A DNA stretch of 64,000 nt from Balamuthia mandrillaris (Eukaryota). Under the pieces are notes generated by a model. That model saw only the letters and a program-made list of their open reading frames with translations, did not search any database and had not been told where the DNA came from. The position numbers were made by a program, and so were the translations under genes. Position 1 is the stretch's first letter; every line of letters starts with the position of its first letter. The stretch is taken from assembly GCA_031835245.2 (NCBI GenBank), contig JAVKOQ020000017.1, forward strand, positions 248,001-312,000, read 5' to 3'. Positions 49,133 to 60,620 of the stretch are shown in pieces.

Positions 49133-49434
49133 ATGGCCTTCCAACACTTATGTGATAAGCTTTTTTGCATTGCAGCAAGTTTGATAGCTTCATCGGTGGT
49201 GCACAGCGGGTTTGGTTTTATCACACGCGTTCCTCACTCAAGAGAAACAGAAGGAAAAGAGACGGAGAGAGGATAAGGAAAAAAAAAAAGGAGAGGGTAT
49301 GAGCACAGGTTTTTGACCAACCCAAGGCAAATCGTTGGCTCTGGCCCATTTTCAATCAGGAGAAGTGGCTTTGTTAGTTGTTTTCTTACCCAAGCGTTAT
49401 CACTATTTATACTTTCATGAAAAAGTCCTTGGGT

Positions 49435-50466
49435 TCACTTGACTTTCTTTACGGTGGTGTTGCTCTTGCTTTGCTTCCATTTCGCAATGTCCTTCTCGGC
49501 GTTGGTCTTGATGCGTTGAGCCAAGTCCTTCCTGTAACCAAGCTTGAACAGCACCTCCAACCACACAAACAATGGGGCCATCAAGAATGCTGCAAAAGAA
49601 AGAAGCAAGCCAGAAGAAAAAGAAGAACAATAAGTGGCAGAAGCAAGAAAAGCGAAAAACAAATGGAGAAGAAGAACAAACCTTGTGCTACACTGTCTAA
49701 TAAAGCAGGAGCTCTTTTCTCAGCAACACCGTGGCCAATAAACTTAATTGCCAAACAACAAAAGTTATAACGAGAACAAAACAAGCAATGCATGTTCAAG
49801 GAAGAGAAAGAGAAAGAGAATATAGAGAAAGAGAATATAGAGTAACGACGAAAGAGAAGAGAAAGCGAAACGATGAAAGAGGAAGAGAAAGAGAAAGCGA
49901 GAATTATTACCTGAGCAACCCAGGCAAGAACATGAAGGCCAAGAGCGATCATGTTGGCGTTCTCCACATTGGCCGCAAAGACCTCAGAAGCGTAGCAAAT
50001 GCCCAACACAACTGGTGCATACAAAACCTGCAAGTGATTTATTCCATCAACAAAAAAGTTCAAGAGAAAAAGAAAAGAAGATGAGAGAAAGCAAAGGGGG
50101 GAAAAAAAGTGGGAAAATAAGGGGCGTACGCTGGCGAAAGGCTCCAAGTAGATGAAGAACAGGAGGTAGGCGAGGCTGACGCCCAGGGCTGCGTTCACAT
50201 GCCAAGGCCCGTAGGCCAGCATGCCTTGGGAGATATCCACCGCCATGAAGGGAGGCAGACTTTGCAGCCACACCAAAACGGTGAACATGATGATCGGCAC
50301 ACCGATGATGTGAATCCATTGATTACTATATTCCAAAAAAAAAAATGAACAAAAAAAAACAGTTAAAAAAAGAAAGTGGAAACAGAAGAAAAAACAAGTG
50401 GCAAACGTACATGGGGTTGTTGTGGTACTGGGCATAAAACCCGATCTCTTTCTCCAGGTTGGGCAT
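49435..50466 (-). CDS. Mpo1/DUF962 ER membrane protein (2-hydroxy fatty acid dioxygenase-like), about 4-5 introns
   Basis: FYAQYHNNP|INQWIHIIGVPII, WVAQ|FIGHGVAEKRAPALLD and FLMAPLFVWLEVLFKLGYR, with a lysine-rich C-terminus. Confidence 0.9.
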
Positions 50467-50724
50467 CTTTGTTGGTGGTGGTGGTTCTGCACTGCAGGCG
50501 AAGCTTCTTTTGGTTTAATCGTCCTCGGGCGATATTTTTTAATGCAGGCCATTTGGGGAAACGGTACCAGCGCCTTTGCTCTTTTCCTGGACCAAGGGGA
50601 TACGGCAAAAGCGGGACAACATTTTCTCGTTGCCGTTTCGCAGTTGGATCGAGTAGTGCGGATCGGAGGGTGACGTGTGCAAGAGCGGAAACTTGGCGAG
50701 GCATTGGCTGGGAAGGAAGAGAGA

Positions 50725-51318
50725 ATGGAGGAGCCCTCTCCTCCTCCTCCTCCTCCAGCGTCCTCATGGGATGAGGAGAACCTGCTGCTGCCGGAGGGGG
50801 GGTGGAGGGGGAGGGGTTCGGGGTTGCAGCGGGTGGAGGGGTGGATAGAAGCTTGGCAAGGCGGCACGTCCGAGGAAGAGGCAAAGGGGAACGCCTGGAG
50901 CGCCCGGGAGGTGCTGCTTGGGGAGGAGGAGGACCGAAAGGAGGGCGATGATGCGGAGGAGCGGCTGTTGAGGTTGTTGTGGAGGCTGTCTCTCATCCAG
51001 AAGGTTTACTCTTTGAGAGCTGACGAAAACCATTCTTCTGCGGCACTGTGGCTACAAAAGTCGTTGCTTCAAGACGAACGGTTATTGACATCGCTGGTAT
51101 TTTTTTTCTTTAGTCACGTCTTGGTTCTCTGCTCTCTGCTCTCTGCTCTCTGCTCTCTGCTCTCTGCTCTCTGCTCTCTGCTCTCTGCTCTCTGCTCTCT
51201 GCTCTCTGCTCTCTGCTCTCTGCTCTCTGCTCTCTGCTCTCTGCTCTCTGCTCTCTGCTCTCTGCTCTCTGCTCTCTGCTCTCTGCTCTCTGCTCTCTGC
51301 TCTGTCTTCCCTCTCCCT

Positions 51319-51357
<39 letters not shown>

Positions 51358-53396
51358 CTCTGTGGAACAATGCTATATTTTTTTTAAAAAAAAAACAGGT
51401 GGATAAGGTGACGAATGAAAACAGGATGGTGAGCTATGCTGCTGGAAACGCCCTAAAAGCTGTCCTACTGATAACACCCGCTTCATTTGGTTCTTCTTCC
51501 CAAAGCCAACAGTCTTTACGGTATTTGTTGGATGGACTGTTCATGACAACACAACAATTGAACCTCGATGCGATCCATTTCTTTCACAAGTTGCTGAAGG
51601 AGGTAAGGAAGAGAGAGAATGAAGACGAAGAAGGGTCCTCCGGTGAGGAAGGCGATGAGGAGGACAAAAATGAAGTCTTGGCTGTGGTGTTGCTGCGTAT
51701 GATTGCAGACAGGGTTCATGACTTGCTTCAGCCGTTTCTCCTTCAGGTTTTTACTCTTATCTTCTCGTTATTCCTGTTCGTTCTTCATTCCTCGTCTTCT
51801 TCATTGTTCTTTATTCTTTATTCTTTATTCTTTTCTTCTTGCTTCTTTCTTCTCTTCTTTTAACATATCCTGTTGAACAGGATAGCTATGAACAGGCAGT
51901 ATCACTTTTGGGTTTAGTTATTCAACTACTCAAGTTCAACACTAGATTGTTGCAAGAAGATGAAATGGAGGAAGAAAACTTGCATAAAGATGACAAACGG
52001 GTATCGACATTATTGCTCCCATTCTTTTCTTTTTGCTGTAGTGAAGAGGTTCGTTTATTTTTCCACATTCTTTCTCCATTGAGAGCTGATTGTTTGTCTT
52101 AGTTTGTGAGTTCAATACAGAGCTTTTCGCTGGAAACCAGTTCTTCTGTTCTACGATCTACCCTCAAGTTATTGTATTCGCTGTTTTCATGGTTATTGAA
52201 CAGTGGCCAAAAACAACAACAGTATCATTCTATTCATACTGCATACGGACTCAAACTGGTAATTAGTAACATTCTCCTTCTTTCATGCTCCTTCTTGTTC
52301 TTGTTCGATGCTCTCCCTTCGCTGATGCTATCGTCACTTTAAAGATAGATATCTATCTTCAAATCTTACGGCATAATTCTCCCTTGTTCAAAGAGTCTCA
52401 TACTCCAACAACAAGAAACAAGCAGCGCACTATCTTTCTTCCTCACGGGATCATTAGACATAGACACGATAAAACTTTTGCAACGAAACATACTGTTGGT
52501 TCTGTTGAAAAGCTTGCAGCTGTTCACTACCTACCTTCAACGCGATAAACGAATGTTAGAGGAGACAAGGCAAAAAGAAGTACAAAGAAGAAGAGTCAAC
52601 ATTTGTTCCATGTTAACTGATCTTCTTCAATCGCTTTCAGGTAGCTGTTTGGCTTTACTCTTTTGAATCTTAGACTAACCTTTGAATTTGAAACAAACAG
52701 CTTCTCTTGAAGGACCGAAACCACTTCTCAGACAAAAGCTGCTGCAAATGTTCATTGAGCAAGATGACGCTCTAATGGAAGTGTTACATTGTTCGTTAGC
52801 TCTATGTTCGGTGGTTCGGTGAGTATTTTTATTTTACTCATTCTTTACTTTCTTATATTGATTTGCTTCTTCTTCAATGTGCCAACTAACAAAATATAAG
52901 GCTCTTCCATGGTGAACTTGTACATAACGAAAGAGACGTTAAGTTGCTGAATCTTCTACAACAGGAAATGGAGCCACATTTCCTGTTCTTTGATCTGTTG
53001 GCAGAACTTGGCTATGATCATTCCACGCTATTAGATTTTCTCATTTCAAACGAGACCTGCTTCTTGAACTACTTTGTTTCGTATCCTTTTTCTTTGTGTT
53101 TTTTAGTTCTTGTTCGCGTTGTTCTTTGTTTTCTTTAACTCTGATAAAGCTACTTGCGTTATGCTACACAAGACAGGGAACGCTTTCTTTCATGCCATTC
53201 TCTTTGGCTCCAAGAACGGGTTGACGAACACCAGCACTCCTCCAAAGCACTCCAGAAGCAATCATCTGTCATGGCCGCCTTCACCAACTTGAAGGAGGTC
53301 ATTGCTCGACTCCATCGCAAGTCTTTGTTCCCTTACAACCCCGCCCCATTGCTGAAACGACTTGAACTCCTTTGCTCGTTTATCCCTTCTTCTTGA
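50725..53396 (+). CDS. LINS1: Protein Lines homolog (LINES_N/LINES_C), about 7 introns including a U12-type GT-AG intron
   Basis: MFIEQDDALMEVL, PHFLFFDLLAELGYDHSTLLDFLISNETCFLNYFVS|YLRY and LHRKSLFPYNPAPLLKRL. Confidence 0.87.
51128..51304 (+). repeat. Intronic (CTCTGCT)n heptamer tandem repeat followed by (CT)n
   Basis: Direct tandem array in intron 1 of the Lines gene. Confidence 0.95.
53081..53149 (+). other. U12-type GT-AG intron
   Basis: 5' site GTATCCTTTT; branch TTCTTTAAC (53131-53139) 10 nt before the 3' end. Removal restores FVS|YLRY. Confidence 0.8.
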
Positions 53397-53784
53397 ACGA
53401 ACACGCATCATCTTCCGCTTCACCACACCAACCAAAATCCAACATTGTCCCCCAAGGGTCGTCCAGCCGCAACGTCGAACAGAGAGCACGTGCCTGTCGA
53501 CATATTTTAGCCGTGACGTGGCGCGTTTTGCTTCGGAGAAAATTCGTGGAACAATTATCGGCAGATTCGATTTTTTGCCATATAAATTAAAAAAATTTAT
53601 CGCGATTTTTTAAGGTGATACCCATAAAGGTAAAAAGGAAAAAAAAGAAAACCTGACGAAAGACTTTCTTTGCTCTTTTTTGTGACACAACTGATTGCGC
53701 AGTGCACACACAGCTCACTACGCTTTTTTTTTTAACTCTTTGCAGAAATAAAAAAAAAGAGTAGCAGCACAACATCACCACACA

Positions 53785-56332
53785 ATGGAAGGGATTACGT
53801 TGAAGGTGTTGTCCGCTGTGGAGGCTGACAAGAACTTGGTGGTGGTGACGGTGGAGGACCGACCACAGCCCGTCTATGCCCTCAATGGCGCGGAGTGGAA
53901 GAAAGTGCAGGAGAAGTTTGCTGCTGGCGCCTCTGTAGCTGACGTCACTTTGACCCAGTGCAAGGAGTTTGTGTTCATCTCGCAGGTGGGTGAAACTGGC
54001 ATTGGCTCCAAAAAGTACGTTCTTTTTTTTTGTTCCCATCTGTGGATCAAAGATTTCGATTTTCTCACGTCTAAACTTGATGAATGGTTATCATTTGCAG
54101 CGCGCGTTCTTCCAAAGGACCCAAGTTTGTGACTCAGTACCAGCGTCGTCTTGCTAGGGTGCTCTATTCTCTCTCGTTCTCTCTTTGTTTCTCACGCCCA
54201 TGCTTAACGTTGGCTGCATGTTTTGTAACAGGAAGGAAGCTCTGACAAGCAAAAAGAGGCAAAAGGAGGAGAAAGCTCTAACGACATTTTTGGAGTGAGA
54301 CCTCTGGTGGAAGAGAAGGTCACCGCAGAAAACAAGCGAACCTATACCAAAATCAAGGATCTCAACAAGTCCTTGGTGGGCAAGGAGGTGTGGATCCGTG
54401 CTCGCGTTCACAACACGCGTAACGTTAGTGCTAAGCTTTACTTTGCCACGTTGCGTGATCAACTCTTTACTGTGCAAACCGTCCTTGCTGAAAACAAAGA
54501 ATTCATTAAGTTTGTTCGGACAAAGTATGCATCCTTTTTTTTTTCACTTCGTTTCTATTCTTGCCCTTAATCTCACGCACAATTACTCTCCGAATAGAGT
54601 TACGAAAGAGTCAGTAGTCGATATTTATGGCAAAGTAACTGGAGTTGAGTTTCCAGTGGAATCAGTGACACAACAAGACGTGGAAATCGCTGTCAGCAAG
54701 TTGTTTGTCGTCTCTTTCGCCAAAGCTGAATTGCCGATTGACATTGAGACGGCGGCTCGACCTGAATGGCTTGTGGATCAACGAGCCAAAGAAATCAGCG
54801 AGCTCGAGCAAACTATCAAGGAAACCGAAGAAAAGCTTGCTGCTGCTAACGGTTCGTTTATTTCTGTTACTTCCTCTGTTGTAATATTAACTATGAATAC
54901 TCTTTGTTTTATAAACAGAGGGCAAGGAATCTTTGCAGGCTGAACTTGATGAACTGTTGAAGAAAAAGAAAGTGTTGAAGCCCTACAACAAAGTGGGTAA
55001 AGATACCCGCTTGGACAACCGTGTACTTGATCTTCGGGTATGTTTCTTGCCTCTTGTTTCTTTATACTCTTTCTTACATAAATTATATGTTTAAAAAACC
55101 ATACAGACACCGGCCAACCAAGCTATCTTTAGAATTCAATCAGGAGTGTGCCGCCTGTTCAGGGAGTACCTTTCTTCTCAAGGTTTCACTGAGATTCACA
55201 GCCCAAAGCTTTTGGGCGCGGCCAGCGAGGGAGATGGTGCTCAGGTCTTCAAATGCGAGTACTTTGAGCAGTACGGCATTCCTTTTGCCTACCTGGCTCA
55301 GAGCCCGCAGCTCTACAAGCAAATGGTTTTGGCAGGTGACATGGACAGAGTATTCGAGGTGGGACCAGTATTCCGTCGCGAGAACTCGCAAACGGCTCGC
55401 CATCTTACTGAGTTTACAGGCTTTGATTTGGAAATGGCCCTTAAGGTAACATCTTTTTTCTTGTTGTTTTCTTTTGTTTTCCCCCTTCTTTTTTCTATCA
55501 CTCATTTCGTGTTTATTTTATTCACAAAACTTGAATTTATAACAGCAACATTACCACGAAGCATTGGAAGTATTGGGCGGTATGTTCATCCACCTCTTCA
55601 AGGGACTGGAGAAGGAGTACGCCGCGGAACTCAAAGCCGTAGGAGAGCAGTATCCCTTTGAGCCGCTGGAATACCGTGAGCCAACGCTTATCCTGCAGTG
55701 GCCCGAGGCCATCCCCATGCTCCAAGCCGAACTGCGGAAGCCCGTCGAGGAGACCGTCGACCCCGTTCTTGTAGGAGAGCTCCTTCAAGACCTCGCTAAG
55801 GAGAATCCTCCCAAGACCAACGTGGAGGACTTGGAGGATCTTAGCACTAAGGCGGAGAAGCTGTTGGGCAAGCTGGTTAAGCAGAAGTATAACACCGATT
55901 TTTACGTGTTGGACAAGTTCCCTGCCCACATTCGTCCTTTCTATACCATGCCTGACCCCCATGATGAGGTGAGTTTTTTTTTCAACTTCCTTTTCTTTAC
56001 CTCCATTTGCTTGTGTTGATCTTAAATCTGACTTGCTGTTTCAAAAATGACAATAGCGTTATTCCAACTCGTACGATTTGTTCCTGAGAGGCCAAGAGAT
56101 CTGCAGCGGTGCTCAGCGTATCCATGAACCAGAGCTCCTGTCCAAGCGCGCCACAGCCAAGGGCGTGCCTCTAGAAACCATCGCAAGCTACATTGAAAGC
56201 TTCACCTTTGGTGCTCCTCCTCACGCCGGCGGAGGCATCGGTCTTGAGCGAGTGGTCTTCCTGTTCCTTGGCCTGGACGACATCAGGAAGTCTTCATTGT
56301 TCCCTCGTGACCCTCGACGTCTTACACCCTAA
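53785..56332 (+). CDS. DARS1: Cytosolic aspartyl-tRNA synthetase with N-terminal extension (about 7 introns)
   Basis: [91 protein letters not shown] and [10 protein letters not shown]. Confidence 0.96.
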
Positions 56333-56420
56333 ATTGGCTTTTGTGCTCTTGCTCACCAACCAATTCGTTCATCTATTCATTTCAGCTTTTTTTTTCTTTT
56401 GCTCTTTCTCTTTATTAACA

Positions 56421-57341
56421 TTAGGAAGATAACTTGGTTCGCTTCAAGTTGCCAAAGCGAAGGGAAGAAGTCAAAGTGGCACCATAGTTGCGCCACGCAT
56501 CCTCCCATTCTTCTTCGGGGCTTTCAAACACCATCTCCACCAGCTGTTCCCTGGGCTCAGACGCAAACAAGAAGCAGGTATTCACCACAACAGCATCGTT
56601 GTCGAGCTTCTCTGCCGCTCCGTGTACATTGTAACCCACTTCTTTGTACTTGATGCCAAGCTCACGCTCCCTTTGGAGCGATACGTGCCACTTGAGGAGG
56701 ATGGTCCTTCTGACAGAAGCTTCCACCCTGGCGATGCAATCCCTGGCAAATTGCTCAGGAGACAACCCCACAGAGCGAGGTAAGTTGGGGTAGAGCCTCA
56801 GGGTAAGGCCTGTCTTGAACCTGCCCGTCTCTTGTAGGTCTTCCTTGGTGAGGAAGTAGTTGATGAAGTTGGGCTCTGGGGTCGATGAGAAGGAGGCAGC
56901 ATCCCCTTCTGGTCCTGCTTCTGCCACCACAAACTGGCTGTTGGTGGACTCTGTGAAGTGCCAACTCTCTGGACACAGTATATGGCCGCTTGTTTTTTTT
57001 GGTTATTTTTGAGAAGAAACATCATAAGAACAATAAAGGGATGAACAAGCAAGTACTTAAGGTCCTTGCATGCTTTCCACTTGAAGCCAGGAGGTGCTTG
57101 CTCGTGAGGATGTTCTGCCTTGGAGCTCGTCAAGAGGCCAGAGCAGAAGCTACACATAGAGCAAAAAAAAAACAGCTTTTCCCATCAAACAAGCAGATAA
57201 TAAACACAGAGAGTGTGTGTGAGAGTACCTTCGCCACCGTTGTTCCACAGGCAAGACACCAGGCAGAGTCGAGCGAGCCACAAGGTGCAACCGAGTATTT
57301 ACAAACGCGCCATGCCCACAGCTCTTCACGGCTCGTATCAT
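56421..57341 (-). CDS. Hypothetical protein with probable mitochondrial presequence, possible PsbP/Mog1-like fold (2 introns)
   Basis: MIRAVKSC...QRWR|SFCSG...APPGFKWKACKDL|NGHILCPESWHF...NYFLTKED...GRFKTGLTL...MVFESPEEEWEDAW; clean GT-AG joins. Confidence 0.65.
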
Positions 57342-57667
57342 CCTCCAGTTCTCTCTGCCATTGGGGTGCTCCTGAGGACGAGCACGATGTGAGCAAACCT
57401 TGTCAGCAAAAGCATTGCTTTAGATCGAATTTTCCCTTGTCTATCCGATTCGATTAGATGAATCGAAATTTCCCATTTTATCCTAAAATAGGACATGTTT
57501 TCCTTTTTTTGTTGCATGACTGAGATCATTTAATCAAAACGGAGAAATTCTTACGTGTGCGTTTTTCTTTATTTTCTTTCTTTTTGTTGACGGCAGAAAA
57601 AGAGCCAAAGCTTTTTTTTTTATTGCCGAAAAAAAAACAACAAACAGCGCAAACGGCCCAAACCACA

Positions 57668-58214
57668 ATGCTGCAAGGCTCTCTCTGTCGTCACGCCGCT
57701 TCGAGCGGCCGTTTTCTGCTGCGGAGTGCTGCTGGCAAGCAGAGCGGCTCGCTGGCGCCTGCGCTCTCCTCCTCCTCCTCCTCCGCTTGGACGCTGCCAC
57801 TGCTGTCAGCGGTCAGCCCTTCTGCCAGGCGTGGCATGGTCACTGACCAGCCCGTTCCTATCACTGTCGCTTACGGAGATGGCATTGGACCAGGTACATC
57901 TCTCGCTCTCGTTTTTTTAACAACTCCCCCCTTTCGCGCAACTACTTTTTTCCAATTCATCTACTTTTTTTTTTCGGTTGCCCTCTTTTCATCGGCTTAT
58001 CGTTTTGCTACGTGTTTTTTTTAACAGAGATCATGGAATCGACGATGAAGATCTTGGAAGCCGCTGGAGCGAACATCAAACCGGAGGTTATAGAGATTGG
58101 AGAGAAGCTCTATAAGCAGGGACACACCTCCGGCATTTCTCCCGAGTCGTGGGCCTCCCTCCGTAGGACCAAAGTCTTCTTAAAGGCTCCTATCACTACT
58201 CCCACTGGAGGTTT

Positions 58215-58255
<41 letters not shown>

Positions 58256-59860
58256 AATTCTTTACTGTTTGCTCTCTTTTGCTTCTCACTGAGCGCATTT
58301 CGTTCAACCAACAAAAAAAAAGGTGGCTATAAAAGTTTGAACGTCTCCATCCGAAAGACTCTCGGTCTGTTTGCCAACGTACGGCCCTGCCGGACCTACC
58401 ACCCCTTCGTCAAAGCAGCCCATCCCTCCATGAACCTCGTCATCATCCGTGAGAACGAGGAGGATACCTATGCTGGCATCGAACACCGACAAACCCAACA
58501 AGTCACTCAGTGCCTCAAGTTGATTACTCAGCCTGGCTGCGAAAAGATTGTGCGATATGCTTTTGAGTATGCGCGAGCCTATGGAAGGAAGAAGGTGACC
58601 TGCTTCGTCAAGGACAACATCATGAAGATCACCGATGGCCTCTTCTATAGGGTCTTTGAGGAGATTGGCAAGGAGTACCCTGATATTGCACAGGAACGCA
58701 TGATTGTAGATATTGGTGCTGCCCGTCTTGCTGGTATGGCTTATCCTTGTTGTGTTCATTTTTTTTTCAGTTTAGCTTATTTGCTTGTTTGACTTTTTGT
58801 TTATCTTATTTTCATGTTCTTCTTAATGCTGATTGCTTGTCCCATCACTAAGATTCACCTGGTATCTTTGACGTGTTGGTGATGCCAAACCTTTATGGCG
58901 ATATCATGAGCGATATCGCCGCTCAGGTCAGCGGCTCTGTGGGACTCGGTGGTTCTGCCAACATTGGCACTGAGGTAGCCATGTTTGAGGCCATTCATGG
59001 TTCTGCTCCTGATCTTGCCGGCAAGAACGTTGGTTGGTAGTTCTTCTTTCTTGGTTCTTCATCCTCTCTTCTTGCTTCACAGAGACTAATGATTTTTTTT
59101 CTTACACTCTCGCAATGAAGCCAATCCCAGCGGCCTTTTATTAGGAGCCGTTCAAATGTTGGTGCACATAAAGCACCCCAACACTGCCGCTCTCATAAAG
59201 AACGCATGGCTGCGCACCATCGAGGAAGGCATTCGCACTTCTGACATTGTTCCCGCTTCTGCCGTCGCCGGAGAATGTCCTGACTTGCGCTTGCCAGCAC
59301 CAAAGCCGCCTGTCGGCACAAAGGAGTTTACGCAGGCCATTATTGAGCGTCTTGGTCAGAAGCCACAACACCTTACGCCTGTTTCCTACAAGAAAGCGGA
59401 TATGGGAGTAACTCCCTTTGCCGCTGGTCCCCTTCCTGCTCCTCAGGTACGCTTTAACTCTGCTCTGCTATTGCTTCTTTTCCCTCTCCATGTGTCTAAA
59501 CACCTGCAAATAAAACAATAGGAGAAGAAGGAGCTGGTGGGCGTGGACGTCTTCCTGGACTGGAACAAAGGTTCCCCTGAGAAGCTCTCCTCAGTCCTGC
59601 AACAAGCCATGACGGACAACCTGGAGCTCCGCCTCATCACCAACCGCGGTGTCAAAGTGTGGCCTCACGGTTTCCCCGAGACATTTTGCACAGACCATTG
59701 GAGGTGTCGCTTCAGGAGCAAGACCGGAGAGGTTTTGTCGAACAAGGACGTGATCGAGCTGTTGGGTCGTGTTCATGGCACTGGTTTGGACTTTATCAAA
59801 ACGGAACATCTTTACACGTTCAACGGCAAGCCTGGCTTCTCCCTTGGCCAGGGCGAATAA
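57668..59860 (+). CDS. icd: Isocitrate dehydrogenase of the bacterial (Rickettsia/alphaproteobacterial, TIGR02924-like) type with mitochondrial presequence (5 introns)
   Basis: [62 protein letters not shown] and [11 protein letters not shown]-terminal domain NRGVKVWP...CTDHWRCRF...[21 protein letters not shown]. Confidence 0.93.
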
Positions 59861-60620
59861 GACAGATGAAGCATTACACAAAAGACAGGTTATGCTTTAT
59901 TTTAACCTTGGTTTTTTTTTGTTTTTTAACACAACAACATTTATTTATTTATCAACATTTATTGTAATCTTCACTTCAGACTAACTGGCTTGGTGCACCT
60001 CCTTTCCACTCTAACTTATTTCCTCCTCTACGCACAGCAACTCCCAAAGGCCATCCAATGCTCGTGTGACCCATTTCAGAACTTCAAAGCATGCCCCCAG
60101 CCAAGCTAACCATCTTCTAAACACCGCTTACTTCCTCCTCAAGGCAGTCGTCACACGAGTCCGCTTGCCATCTTTTTCGTGGAACATAATTTATTCAAAC
60201 CCCCAATCAAAAATCAAAAGCTGGTCTTTTCAATTTCAAACCACCAACCAAAAATCAAAACAGCAGACAAATTAATTGGATCGATCGGCGGCGCTGCTGA
60301 CGTCAGGAACACCTTGGGTAATTCTTTTTTTTTGAATTGTTATTTGGAACGAAGAAAGACCTCCCTACTATTCTCTCGCACCCAGGCTTCTTTGTTTCCC
60401 CCCTTGCTTCCTTCCTTCCTTCCCCCCTGTGGTGGTAGGTGCCTCCCGCTGACCAAAAAGAAAAAGCCTTGTCGCTTCTTCTTCTTCTCTCTCTCTCTCT
60501 CTCTGTTCAAGTTAATGGGTTACTAAATTTTTTTTTATTCGTTGTCTGTTGTTTCTCTCTCTTCTTTTTTTTTATTGTTATTATTCCACAGTGTCGTCAT
60601 ATCAGCTGGCATAAGCCTCA

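Noticed and set aside
49130..49370. Short minus-strand coding-like fragments downstream of Mpo1
   Set aside because: No start codon or recognisable domain; cannot be supported as a gene.
51110..51370. (AESREQR)n ORF or CRISPR-like periodicity
   Set aside because: Simple 7-bp tandem repeat in an intron; no spacers and no cas genes.
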